The translations under genes were made by a program, and so were the position numbers. DNA of 64,000 nucleotides from Prevotella sp. UBA746 (lineage in GTDB: Bacteria; Bacteroidota; Bacteroidia; Bacteroidales; Bacteroidaceae), in NCBI GenBank assembly GCA_002298545.1, contig DBKQ01000005.1, forward strand, positions 187 to 64,186, read 5' to 3'. Shown here piece after piece: positions 30,501-40,272 of the stretch. The notes beneath the pieces are model-generated. The model was given only the letters and a program-made list of their open reading frames with translations. It did no database searches and was not told the DNA's origin. Within the stretch, counting starts at the first letter, position 1. Every line of letters starts with the position of its first letter.

Positions 30501-30848
30501 ATGGCACTGAATACGGAGAAAAAACTGAAACTATACTACTCGATTAAGGAGGTGGCTCAGATGCTGAACGTGTCTGAGAGTATGTTGCGCTTTTGGGAGA
30601 AGGAGATTCCTGCTATAAAGCCTAAGACTACTGGCAACAACGTGCGCCAGTATACTGAGGAGGATATCGAGAAGATTCGTGTGGTTTACAATCTCGTGAA
30701 GGTGCGTGGCTTCAAGCTTGCCGCTGCCCGCAAGATGCTGAAGGAAAACAAGAATGCTGTTGACAGCAATGCCAAGGTGATGGAATTGCTTATCAATCTG
30801 CGCGACGAGCTGCAGCAGATGAAAAAGCAATTTGACTATCTTACGTAA
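30501..30848 (+). CDS. MerR family transcriptional regulator
   Basis: KLYYSIKEVAQMLNVSESMLRFWEKE...RQYTEEDI motif; divergent from alaS. Confidence 0.9.
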   Translation: MALNTEKKLKLYYSIKEVAQMLNVSESMLRFWEKEIPAIKPKTTGNNVRQYTEEDIEKIRVVYNLVKVRGFKLAAARKMLKENKNAVDSNAKVMELLINLRDELQQMKKQFDYLT

Positions 30849-30862
30849 TAATCAACATTAAA

Positions 30863-30915
30863 CCGTTCTGGATAGCGGTACCCTTGAAGTTGTTGTTAAC
30901 GCGCTGACCTGCGAG
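30863..30915. repeat. 53-bp direct repeat of the 3' region of the T9SS-CTD gene (partner at 31832-31884)
   Basis: 50 of 53 positions identical; the two copies bracket higBA. Confidence 0.9.
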
Positions 30916-30922
30916 TGTGTAA

Positions 30923-31255
30923 TCAAAGCATAGCTGCTGCACTGCGAATCTTATTCAATATAGATACCATCTTATTGTCGCGACGTACAACCTGAAGATT
31001 ATACTCACTCTGCATATTCACCAACAAATAGGCTTTTATCCCAAGGGCTGCTTCTATTCGAAGTGCATAGTCGGCAGTTACAGGACGCTTTGCATTCAAA
31101 ATTTCATTTAACACAGTGTAAGAACAATCTATCAAAGAAGCAAACTGCCGTTGCGACATGCCTCGAGCCTCAAGCTCATCCTTTATAATCTCGCCTGGAT
31201 GAACGGCCTCTGAAGGTGACAACTCATTTAATGTATATATTCTTGCTGCAGTCAT
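30923..31255 (-). CDS. higA: HigA family antitoxin
   Basis: AVHPGEIIKDELEARGMSQ...LNEILNAKRPVT...MQSEYNL, an HTH-XRE pattern. Confidence 0.9.
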   Translation of the reverse strand: MTAARIYTLNELSPSEAVHPGEIIKDELEARGMSQRQFASLIDCSYTVLNEILNAKRPVTADYALRIEAALGIKAYLLVNMQSEYNLQVVRRDNKMVSILNKIRSAAAML

Positions 31256-31264
31256 ATTATGATT

Positions 31265-31581
31265 CTATTTATAATGATTACTAATATCTAACAAACGACA
31301 GACTTTAATGTTTAATCCATCCGCAGTATCTACAACAACGAATTCCAAACGGTATTGCCTGCCACATCTTACCGAAGAAATACCTTTTTTATCTCCGACA
31401 AGTACTTCATAATTCAAAGATTTAAAGACATACAAATCTTCAATGCATTTTGCATTGCCAACAATGTTACAGCTTTCTGATAACTTCTAACAACAATGGG
31501 CTGAAATCTGTGCTTTTTATCTTTTGTTTTACCATTGAAATACAGTTCATAAAGGTAATCCTTATCAAACTCAATATTCAT
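31265..31581 (-). pseudogene. higB: HigB (RelE/ParE family) toxin with a 1-nt frameshift
   Basis: Not in the ORF track. MNIEFDKDYLYELY...KHRFQP in one frame continues as NAKCIEDLYVFKSLNYEVLVGDKKGISSVR...QYRLEF...ISNHYK* after adding one base near 31455-31460. The span is 317 nt, one short of 318. Confidence 0.85.
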
Positions 31582-31809
31582 AAGGCAAAGTTAAGGAAAT
31601 ATTTCTTAATTCGCAAATAATCGAACACAATTTAAACATAAAACAAAAATGGCAAGTTCCTTATTTGAGAAAGAACTTGCCATATATTTTTATCTGTCTA
31701 TACTTGACAGATGTGTTTCAAAAGCTAATCGCTATGATTATTTGTTGATGAACTTTCTTTTCAAGAGAATTCTTGTTCATAAGGCATAGCAAGTAAACTT
31801 GCTCTACTC

Positions 31810-32583
31810 TTATTTCACTACGAATTTCTTGCCGTTCTGGATAGCGATACCCTTGAAGCTGTTGTTTACGCGCTGACCTGCGAGGTTGTAGATAGGAGCG
31901 TTAACGTCTGCCTTCTCAGCAACTGCGTTGTTGATACCTGTTTCACCAGCATCAAAAGCAAGACCGCAAAGCATAATCTTAGAACCAGATACCCAGAAGA
32001 AGTAAGTGTTGCCTGGCTCAACATCGTATACAAGAGCTGCATAAACGTCAGCATCTGTAACAGTCTGCTCAGCGTTCAAACCACCGTCAGCAGTAATGTA
32101 CTGACCCCAAACGTCTGTTGCATAAGCACTCATGTCAGCGAAGTCAAGTTCCTCAGCCTCGATAACAGAGTTAGGAACCTTAGCTGTCCAGATTTTCTTG
32201 TTCTTACCATACTTAGCAGCAACATAAACCTTACCAGCAATAGCAGGAGTGAACTCAACATGAGCAGATGTAGTACCAGCCTTGTCCAAAGAACCATCCA
32301 CACCATTAGTACCACCCTGAATGTAAGCCTTAGAGAAAGTCTTGCCCTGTGACTCGAAAGTCTCAGCAGTAGCAGGATCGCTCTTTACTGTCCAGTTAGC
32401 ACCACCATCAACGAGGACAACTGTTGCATTCTGAATTTCAGAAGCTGCAACTGTAGTATTCTCACCTGCATTAGCAACAACCTGATCAACAGCTGCATCA
32501 GCTGCTACTGCATTCCACTGACCCTGTGCATTAGCACAAACTGCTGCAAACATAGCAGCTACAAAAAGTAAACTCTTTTTCAT
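31810..32583 (-). CDS. Secreted protein with T9SS-type C-terminal domain (PUL-associated)
   Basis: Signal peptide and C-terminal TGINNAV...IYNLAGQRV...KGIAIQNGKKFVVK. Confidence 0.8.
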   Translation of the reverse strand: MKKSLLFVAAMFAAVCANAQGQWNAVAADAAVDQVVANAGENTTVAASEIQNATVVLVDGGANWTVKSDPATAETFESQGKTFSKAYIQGGTNGVDGSLDKAGTTSAHVEFTPAIAGKVYVAAKYGKNKKIWTAKVPNSVIEAEELDFADMSAYATDVWGQYITADGGLNAEQTVTDADVYAALVYDVEPGNTYFFWVSGSKIMLCGLAFDAGETGINNAVAEKADVNAPIYNLAGQRVNNSFKGIAIQNGKKFVVK

Positions 32584-32687
32584 AATCGTTTTGTTTTTAA
32601 AGTTATTAAAATTATTAGTTGTTTTTATTTTAAGTTCATTGCAGAATTTTCGAATTCCGCAATGAACCTTTAATCAATACTACTCAA

Positions 32688-33146
32688 TTACTCGGCACTT
32701 TTAGAGCCCTTTATTGTATAAGCCTTAGCTGATGATGTAGCATTGAACTTGTACTTCGAACTCAAAGTGGTATAAATTGTAATGTTATTACCCTCTATAA
32801 CACCACCTGTGTTTCTTGCTGCCGCAGCAGATCCGTTACCAAATGTATAGCGGTCATTTCCAGCCTTAGCAACATTAAATACAGCCTCTTGATCCATGTT
32901 CAAAGTAGCGGAAACAATTTTAACGGTAATAGCCTGCGTATTCTCCTCTTCAAACTTGGTAACAGTAACAACCACATCAGAAGCCTTTTCATTTCCACTT
33001 GCATCATAAATAGAGCCAGAGAAAGTACCATTTACAAGTACAGAAGCATCAGTATGAACTGCTGGATCATCATCATCATCGCAAGCAACAAAGCTAAGCG
33101 AGCAGAAGAAACCAAGCATCAAAAACAATATACTTTTCAGTTTCAT
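32688..33146 (-). CDS. PUL-associated lipoprotein
   Basis: Lipobox FVAC followed by acidic DDDDD export signal; downstream of susD. Confidence 0.75.
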   Translation of the reverse strand: MKLKSILFLMLGFFCSLSFVACDDDDDPAVHTDASVLVNGTFSGSIYDASGNEKASDVVVTVTKFEEENTQAITVKIVSATLNMDQEAVFNVAKAGNDRYTFGNGSAAAARNTGGVIEGNNITIYTTLSSKYKFNATSSAKAYTIKGSKSAE

Positions 33147-33182
33147 TTTACATTCTTTTTAAAGATTAATAATGAAGCAGAT

Positions 33183-35093
33183 TTACTCTGCATCTTTTTT
33201 CTCCTCACTTCCTGTTGAACGGAAGCCAGGGTTCTGATCAGCAGCTGATATACCCGAGTTAATTTGGATTTCATTCTCAGGAATTGGACGCAACCACTTA
33301 ATCTGTCCGTCATTTCCGGTCATATTAGACAAAGCAAGACCAGAATAAGTAAGATTATAGCGAACCAACTGACGTGTACGGCGCAGATCTATCCAACGAT
33401 AATATTCGCCAAGAGTCTCGCGCATACGTTCGTCAAGAATAACATCAAGCTTGTTAATTGTAAGTCCATAGCTATCGGTCTGACCAAGAGAAACATATCC
33501 TCCTTCATCGTTCAAAGCCCAATCATAACGCTTGTAGTCATTGAAAGAAGCAAGATAAGAAGCGTGAGAACGTGTACGAACAGCGTTCAAATACTTCAAT
33601 GAGTTAGTCTCATCACCAGCCATCAGATAAGCCTCTGCTGCAACAAGATAAATCTCACTTGCATTGAGAACAACGACATCACGATAATCACCACCAGACT
33701 GAGCACAGTCGCTTGTAGTATTCTTGTCGTCAAACTTACGAACAGGAGGGAGACATCCAATCTTCTGTATTGCAGAAGAGAATGGCTGAGTGTAAGTTGT
33801 TGAAGTCTTAGCATCATAAGAACCGTTAGCGGCATAAGCCTTACATGTGGAATTCTCAGCTACCTTAAACACCTTAGTTGCACTTTTCTTTCCTGTAGTT
33901 ACAAACTGAGAAGCATGTGCATTGCAGTAAGCATCAATCTCAGATTCCTCAGTATACCATGGGAAATACTTAAATGCAATAGACAAGTTTGCCTTTTCGG
34001 CATCAGTAGCATTATAGTATGCCCAATATCCTTGTTTGCTCCAATTGTCGGCATTACCGTCATAACCATATACAGTAGTCATGAAAGTTCCTTCAAAACG
34101 GTCATCACCCTTTTCAAAAGCATAATATACACGTTCTGTAGGACAGAGGTCACTCTTTACGCCCTTTACTCCAAGAGTATTTGAACCCATATAGAGAGCA
34201 AAATTATGCTGCTGGTTATGACCACCCTTTACCTTATCAGATGATGTAGCGCGATCATACTGAATAGCAAATAAAGTCTCCGGGTTATTGCCCTTCTCAT
34301 TGTTATCAAAATCCCATTTCTGGTCAAAAGTCTGAGTCAAAGGAACTGCATCAGCAACTTCAGCTGCATACTTTGCAGCCTCAGTGAAATATTCAGTGCT
34401 ATTAACAGTATAAGCACCAGTCGTAGCATCAGTAAGAGTTGTCTGCAAATCCCATCCTGCTGCCAGATAAACTTTTGCAAGAAGAGCCTTCGCTCCTATA
34501 ACACTTGCACGTCCCTTTGCATCAGCAGCAGAACTTACATTCTCGAGATTGCCATTTGCAATAATTTCCTTCAAATCATTGATTACATTCTCATAAACAG
34601 TAGCAAGCTCGGTACGTGGATAATTTGTACTTGCAGACTCAATATAATCTGTAATGTAAGGAACTGCACCAAACTCCTGAGTCAGGATGTAATAGCAATA
34701 ATCACGAATAAAGCGAGCCTGATCGTTAAGCTTATCATCCTTGCTGTATTTCAACACACAGTTTGCGTAATTAATGGCAGCATATGTGTTTTTATAAAGA
34801 TTAGTTACATCTTCATTATCTGAAGAATACAAGTATGACTGCAAAACAGGAGCTGATGCACCTTGACCAACCGTATAGAGGTCTGTACCTTGACAGAAAG
34901 TCACAGGAGAACTGTAAACATCACGCAACGCATAATATGCATTATTTAGTTGCTGATTCCAACCTGCAATATCAGAGAACTGACTGTCAGGTGTTACAGT
35001 GCTTTTATTGTCTGTATCCAGGAAATCAGAGCAACTTGACAGACCGGCAACAGTTGCTAATCCGAGGGCAGACATTATAATAAACTTTTTCAT
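33183..35093 (-). CDS. susD: RagB/SusD family lipoprotein
   Basis: SSCSDFLD, ARFIR...FGAVP, AKALLAKVYL, ILDERMRE..GE..RWIDLRR and QNPGF motifs. Confidence 0.93.
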   Translation of the reverse strand: MKKFIIMSALGLATVAGLSSCSDFLDTDNKSTVTPDSQFSDIAGWNQQLNNAYYALRDVYSSPVTFCQGTDLYTVGQGASAPVLQSYLYSSDNEDVTNLYKNTYAAINYANCVLKYSKDDKLNDQARFIRDYCYYILTQEFGAVPYITDYIESASTNYPRTELATVYENVINDLKEIIANGNLENVSSAADAKGRASVIGAKALLAKVYLAAGWDLQTTLTDATTGAYTVNSTEYFTEAAKYAAEVADAVPLTQTFDQKWDFDNNEKGNNPETLFAIQYDRATSSDKVKGGHNQQHNFALYMGSNTLGVKGVKSDLCPTERVYYAFEKGDDRFEGTFMTTVYGYDGNADNWSKQGYWAYYNATDAEKANLSIAFKYFPWYTEESEIDAYCNAHASQFVTTGKKSATKVFKVAENSTCKAYAANGSYDAKTSTTYTQPFSSAIQKIGCLPPVRKFDDKNTTSDCAQSGGDYRDVVVLNASEIYLVAAEAYLMAGDETNSLKYLNAVRTRSHASYLASFNDYKRYDWALNDEGGYVSLGQTDSYGLTINKLDVILDERMRETLGEYYRWIDLRRTRQLVRYNLTYSGLALSNMTGNDGQIKWLRPIPENEIQINSGISAADQNPGFRSTGSEEKKDAE

Positions 35094-35116
35094 TTTAAAA
35101 CTTCGATTTAATGTTA

Positions 35117-38100
35117 TTAGAACTTAATGCTTGCACCAATCTGATATGTTACAGTACTTGGACCATCATTCTTCTTGGCAGCATCTGCCCACTCAGGATC
35201 GAATCCTTTGTATTTTGTGAATACGAATGGGTTTGTAACGTTAACATACAAGCGGAGATACTGGCATCCCCATGGAGTCAACCACTTCTTCGGGAAAGTA
35301 TATCCCAAAGTGATATTCTTAACCTTCCAATAAGAAATTTTGTCTACAGCAAGAGCATTGTAAACATTCTTCTCATAAGCAGCAGCACCGGCACCGTTGT
35401 TTGTGATAGAGCTGTTAGGGAATGGGAAAGAACCATAGTGGGTAGTCTCCTGATATACAGGATTAATATATGTACCATCAGCATTTACTCCATCACAGTC
35501 GATAAGAGTTCCTGCAGGGATGTAATAATCCATCTTGATTTTGTTCCATCCACGATAAGCATAATCGTATGTATCTGCTAAAGTGTTAGAATAAACGGTA
35601 AAGTTCTGCTTTGTATAGATAGAGAATGAGAAATCCCAGTCTTTCCACTGCAAAGTAGAAGAGATATTACCAGTCCATGAAGGATCCTGACATCCGAGAA
35701 TCATCTTATCATTTGCATCAATAACACCATTACCGTCGTTATCCCTTATAATAGGCATACCTTCAGACCATCCATACACCTTGCTGTAATAGTCGCAAGA
35801 ACGTACTTGATCGCCAGGAGTAAATCCAGCCTTTGTTGCAGCCTCATTGTTTGGAACGACAATATTCTTGTCTGAAACTACTCCATCCCACTTATACAGA
35901 TAGAGAGAATTCATTGGAGAGCCTACGAACAAAGATGAAGTAATAGGATTATCTGCATCAATGATTTTATCCTCACCATTAATTGTCTTTACCTTGTTTA
36001 TGTTGCGGGCAAAATTGAAACTTGTTGTCCAGTACCAATCCTTTGTCTGAATATTTACTGTATTCAAGGCAAATTCAATACCACGGTTCTGAACCTTACC
36101 TACGTTATCCCAAAGTTTACCACCTCCAGAAACCAAAGGAAGATCTCTCTGGTAGAGCAAATCTGTAGAAGTCTTAGAATACAAATCGATAGATCCGTTG
36201 ATTCTATTCTTCAAGAATCCGAAATCTACACCAAAGTTAAGTTCATGAGATTTCTCCCACTTCAAATCTGCATTGATTACACCACTTGGATAATATCCAT
36301 TTGCTACAGTTGAACCAAAAGCATAGATATTAGGACCAGAAACTCCAACTTGATTGTAGTGTCCGCTTACGGTATTATTACCAGTAACACCATAGCTCAA
36401 ACGAAGTTTCAAGTTGTCAATCCATGAGATATTCTTCATGAAACTTTCCTCAGACATACGCCATGCAAGAGCTGCTGAAGGGAACCATCCCCAACGAGAA
36501 TCTTTCAAGAACTTTGAAGATCCATCTGTACGTACAGTTCCAGTAAACATATACTTACCTTTGTAAGAATAGTTCAAGCGTAAAGCGTATGACAACATTG
36601 TCTCTTCCCAATAAGCAGTACCAGTACCCTTTTCGTTAATAGTACCTGTGTATAGATTATACCACTTTGTACCGGTCATGATTGAAGCATCGTCAGTTGA
36701 GGTTCTACCAATCTGACTATACATTCTATCGAAAGAACTCATTGAGAACAATCCCATTGCGCTCAAAGAATGGTCGCCGAAAGTCTTATTGAAGTCAATC
36801 TGGTTATCCCATGTCCAATCCTTGCGAGTATATTCCTCATGACTTGCAGTTTCTGTACGTGAACCACTTGAAGAAGTGTACTCACCTGTACGAGAATTTA
36901 CATAGTTTGGAGAGAATGTAGTTTTAAACGACAGCCAATTAACCGGTTTCAACTGTACGTAGATATTACCAAGTACACGGAACGTATTTGACTCCTTAGA
37001 ATCATCACGAAGATAAATCAAAGGGTTTACACTATCGGTAAACTGATTTGCCTTTGTACCAAAAGCTTCATAGTTACCCGGCTTTACATTGTAGTTTCCA
37101 TCAGCATCATATGGACGAGCAAATGGAACCTGACGAAAAGCATCCTTAACAGCATCATCCGAAGCATACTGATTCTCAGTATAAGCAAGATTCAAGCTGA
37201 AACCTGCAGAAAGGTATTTATTAATCTTTGAATCAACACTACCCTTCATGTTATAACGGTTCTGAAGGTCATTCTTATAAACGCCCTCTTCACGGTTATA
37301 ACCTACGCCGAAATGATAATGAGTATTCTTTGAAGCGCCGTTTACAGCAAGATAGTGGTTTTGTTTCTGTCCATCTTGTGTTACAAGATCTGGCCAGTTA
37401 TAACTCTCTCCATTTTTCAGCATAGTCTTTAAGACAGAAGAGCCATCCTCAGTATCAGCCAACATACCTTGCAAGTAATCCTGCTGAGTCATCTTCCAAG
37501 TAGGCTGTGCAACAGAAGCAACACCATTAGCAACCTGACCTGAAGAAAGGAACTGAGAGAAACGGAATTTATAGAATTCGTTTGCATTCATATAATCCGG
37601 CATACGAGCAATTTTTGACACACCGTAGTATCCGTCATATGAAATAGAAACCTTACCTTCATCTTTTGTTCCGAGTGAGCTTCCACTCTTTGTAGTAACG
37701 ATTACCACACCGGCTGTAGCACGAGAACCATAGATTGCTGTAGAAGATGCATCCTTCAAGATATCCATACGTTCAATATCCTGTGGATTCAAGAAACCGA
37801 TATCATCACAGATTACGCCATCTACTACATATAAAGGTTTAGAAGTACCCTGAATAGAAGACTTACCACGAATCTGTATATTAAAATCAGAACCTGCACG
37901 ACCCGTAGACTGAGTAATCTGAGCACCAGGAACCGATCCCTGCAACGCTTCCATTGCGTTTGTAGTACCCTTTGCAGCAAGCTTTGATCCATCAGTAGAA
38001 GCAATAGAACCTGTCAAGTCGCTCTTCTTCATCGTACCGTAACCCACAACTACAACTTCGTCGAGCTGTGCATTGTCTTCTTGCAGAACGATATTGATGT

Positions 38101-38368
38101 TTGAAGAGTTTCCAAGGGTTACAGTCTGCTCTTTGTAACCGATGTATGAAACCTTTACCTTTGATGAAGGAGAGGCGTTTGGAATGGAGAAGTTACCGTC
38201 GATGTCGGTAATGGATCCCGGTTTGCCGTCGACAAACACTGTCACACCGATCAGCGGTTCTCCCTTTGCATCCTTCACTGTACCAGTGACTGTCTTCTGG
38301 GCGAATGCCGTAAGACAAACCATAGGTAAAACGGAAGCCGTCAAGGCTCTTCTGATTTGTAAATGCAT
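35117..38368 (-). CDS. susC: SusC/RagA family TonB-dependent transporter
   Basis: LDEVVVVGYG, KKSDLTGS, ILKDASSTAIYGSRA, RWGWFPSAALAW and LKWE motifs. Start placed at ATG 38368. Confidence 0.95.
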   Translation of the reverse strand: MHLQIRRALTASVLPMVCLTAFAQKTVTGTVKDAKGEPLIGVTVFVDGKPGSITDIDGNFSIPNASPSSKVKVSYIGYKEQTVTLGNSSNINIVLQEDNAQLDEVVVVGYGTMKKSDLTGSIASTDGSKLAAKGTTNAMEALQGSVPGAQITQSTGRAGSDFNIQIRGKSSIQGTSKPLYVVDGVICDDIGFLNPQDIERMDILKDASSTAIYGSRATAGVVIVTTKSGSSLGTKDEGKVSISYDGYYGVSKIARMPDYMNANEFYKFRFSQFLSSGQVANGVASVAQPTWKMTQQDYLQGMLADTEDGSSVLKTMLKNGESYNWPDLVTQDGQKQNHYLAVNGASKNTHYHFGVGYNREEGVYKNDLQNRYNMKGSVDSKINKYLSAGFSLNLAYTENQYASDDAVKDAFRQVPFARPYDADGNYNVKPGNYEAFGTKANQFTDSVNPLIYLRDDSKESNTFRVLGNIYVQLKPVNWLSFKTTFSPNYVNSRTGEYTSSSGSRTETASHEEYTRKDWTWDNQIDFNKTFGDHSLSAMGLFSMSSFDRMYSQIGRTSTDDASIMTGTKWYNLYTGTINEKGTGTAYWEETMLSYALRLNYSYKGKYMFTGTVRTDGSSKFLKDSRWGWFPSAALAWRMSEESFMKNISWIDNLKLRLSYGVTGNNTVSGHYNQVGVSGPNIYAFGSTVANGYYPSGVINADLKWEKSHELNFGVDFGFLKNRINGSIDLYSKTSTDLLYQRDLPLVSGGGKLWDNVGKVQNRGIEFALNTVNIQTKDWYWTTSFNFARNINKVKTINGEDKIIDADNPITSSLFVGSPMNSLYLYKWDGVVSDKNIVVPNNEAATKAGFTPGDQVRSCDYYSKVYGWSEGMPIIRDNDGNGVIDANDKMILGCQDPSWTGNISSTLQWKDWDFSFSIYTKQNFTVYSNTLADTYDYAYRGWNKIKMDYYIPAGTLIDCDGVNADGTYINPVYQETTHYGSFPFPNSSITNNGAGAAAYEKNVYNALAVDKISYWKVKNITLGYTFPKKWLTPWGCQYLRLYVNVTNPFVFTKYKGFDPEWADAAKKNDGPSTVTYQIGASIKF

Positions 38369-38722
38369 AAATGTTTTGTTTTGATTATTAGTTAGTAGCA
38401 TCTCACTCTCGGTACGCTTGTTCAACAAAGCTTGCGCTATGTCTATAATATATAATATGTATATACTCAGCGAACCTTAATTTTAGTAGTCCGAATTCTA
38501 TAAGAAAACGGTTTATAGTTTGATTACGGTGCAAATATATATAGAATTCTGCAATGTTCAAAACATTCTAAAAAGTTTTTTAAATTTAGAACAAAGTTTT
38601 AACGTTTTGCGCATGTTGCATAAAGCATTGCGCATCTATTTTATTACTGATAACATAAAAAAAATGTTTAGAGTTGTACGGTTGAGAATAAAAGTTCTAA
38701 TCATCAATAAATGAAGTTTATA

Positions 38723-38833
38723 GTAGTAGGTGCGGTGTCTCACCGCACAGCATTAAGAACATTATGACTATTTATAGTTTGAAAATGCTATATACCCCTT
38801 TCTCATTGTGCGGTGAGACACCGCACCTACTAC
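38723..38833. repeat. GTAG-type REP doublet (REPIN-like)
   Basis: Perfect 27-bp inverted repeat (38723-38749 / 38807-38833). Each arm is GTAG + GTGCGGTG-TCT-CACCGCAC; spacer is 57 bp. Confidence 0.85.
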
Positions 38834-38853
38834 GATTTCCAACCGTACATATG

Positions 38854-39260
38854 AAAATGTTTTTCGGCGTTTTTACCCTCACACCCTCACACATACCCCA
38901 TAAAGCCCCTGTTTATCGGCATTTCAGGTGTGAGGGATGGTGTGAGGGATGGTGAGGGTATAGAATAAGGAATTAGGAATGCTATTCATCTCCTTTACCG
39001 ATAGCGTTTCTATGTAATAGCAGGAGTATTCGGTGATTGCACCAAAGGTGCAAGTATGCTGCACCAAAAGTGCCACTTCTATTTACTCCCGCAATTTATT
39101 ATCCTCATCACTTTCATTTCTAATTTCTATTTTCTAATTCCTAATTCTATACCCTCACCATCCCTCACACTTACCCTCACCATCAAAACCCCGATAAACA
39201 GGGGCTTTATGGGGTATGTGTGAGGGTGTGAGGGTAAAATGACCGAAAAACTTTTTATAG
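38854..39260. repeat. Inverted pair of CCCTCAC repeats (copies B and C) enclosing a TGCACC double-hairpin repeat
   Basis: 38854-38980 and 39117-39260 are near-identical inverted copies; 39038-39078 matches 27324-27364. Confidence 0.85.
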
Positions 39261-39275
39261 AAATATTGTAAATCT

Positions 39276-39322
39276 TTCAAATCATTCCGGCATCCACCCG
39301 TCGGCCTGTCCGAACACGTTTT
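39276..39322. repeat. 47-bp direct repeat of the pectinesterase 3' end (partner at 40267-40313)
   Basis: 42 of 47 positions identical; encodes NVFGQADGWMPE* versus NVFRQNDGWMPE*. Confidence 0.9.
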
Positions 39323-39609
39323 ATACGTCTTTTAAAAGCTATTGCAATATTTCTTTTTGCGAAGTCGTTTAGATTCACAAAAGTTGTCTTTTTTTTCAGT
39401 TCATCAAGAGGCATATACAGAAGCAATTTACCTAAGCATTCATCTGCAAAAGAATTTGAGACCACATTGACACCTGAAAAATCCAATATCACTTTTTCTC
39501 CCCCAGAGACAAGAGGTAGTAATATATTTCTGACATGGTCTCCGAGTTGTCGTGTCCCGAGATTCTCTCCAAATTCTATAAATTTAAACTGTATCATATT
39601 CTCTACCAA
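39277..39609 (-). CDS. STAS-like domain protein (DUF4325)
   Basis: LGTRQLG...VILDFSGVNVVSNSFADECLGKL motif. Confidence 0.85.
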   Translation of the reverse strand: MVENMIQFKFIEFGENLGTRQLGDHVRNILLPLVSGGEKVILDFSGVNVVSNSFADECLGKLLLYMPLDELKKKTTFVNLNDFAKRNIAIAFKRRIKRVRTGRRVDAGMI

Positions 39610-40256
39610 AGATTATCCAAATCATCTTCTTCTATAAAGGTTTCATTGTATTCAGACTCTGCATCAACTCTATTTTCAAGAATATCGTTAGAGTCTAATT
39701 CTACGTTTGTCTTCAATTCAAGACAGACAATAGTGCCTGTCCATAAATCAGCATCGCAAACAACAGACTTTAAGCCATCAAATACCAATTCTTTATCTTC
39801 CGAATGAATATAAAGTCGGACACCTGCATGACTAACGAGCATAGAAGTTGAATATAAACCAAAGCCCATTCCTTTTCCATCAGAAACATTGTCTTGGATA
39901 CATAATTCAAGAGCTTCCGTCAATGAGATATTTTTATATTCAGGATTCTCCTTCAAAGATTCACATACCCCAATTCCGTCATCAGCAACAAGAATTTTTA
40001 TATTATTAGATATCTCATCATATTGCAATATTGCCGTACCACATTGTTTTGACGAATGTGTAAGCACATTATCAAGAACCTCATAAAAGCAATAGCTTAA
40101 TGCCTGCATAACTCCAAGTTCAATATCTGGATTAGAACTTAAAGTATTGACAATATCCGTATAAACAGAATAGATATTCTTATTGTCAAAAACTTCAATA
40201 ATTACATTTTTATTGCAATTATCAAAATATCTGTTCAATAAATATGCCACATTCAT
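39603..40256 (-). CDS. GHKL/HATPase-type ATP-binding protein (anti-sigma-kinase-like)
   Basis: N-box EVLDNVLTHS, G1 VADDGIGV, G2 GMGFGLY and GTIV. Start is uncertain (ATG 40256 or TTG 40271). Confidence 0.8.
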   Translation of the reverse strand: MNVAYLLNRYFDNCNKNVIIEVFDNKNIYSVYTDIVNTLSSNPDIELGVMQALSYCFYEVLDNVLTHSSKQCGTAILQYDEISNNIKILVADDGIGVCESLKENPEYKNISLTEALELCIQDNVSDGKGMGFGLYSTSMLVSHAGVRLYIHSEDKELVFDGLKSVVCDADLWTGTIVCLELKTNVELDSNDILENRVDAESEYNETFIEEDDLDNLW

Positions 40257-40272
40257 AATTGTACAATTCAAA

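Noticed and set aside
10361..39009. 18/19 match between the ppk1 3' end (10361-10379) and 38991-39009
   Set aside because: A single match of this length is roughly expected by chance in a 64-kb self-comparison, and it does not extend.
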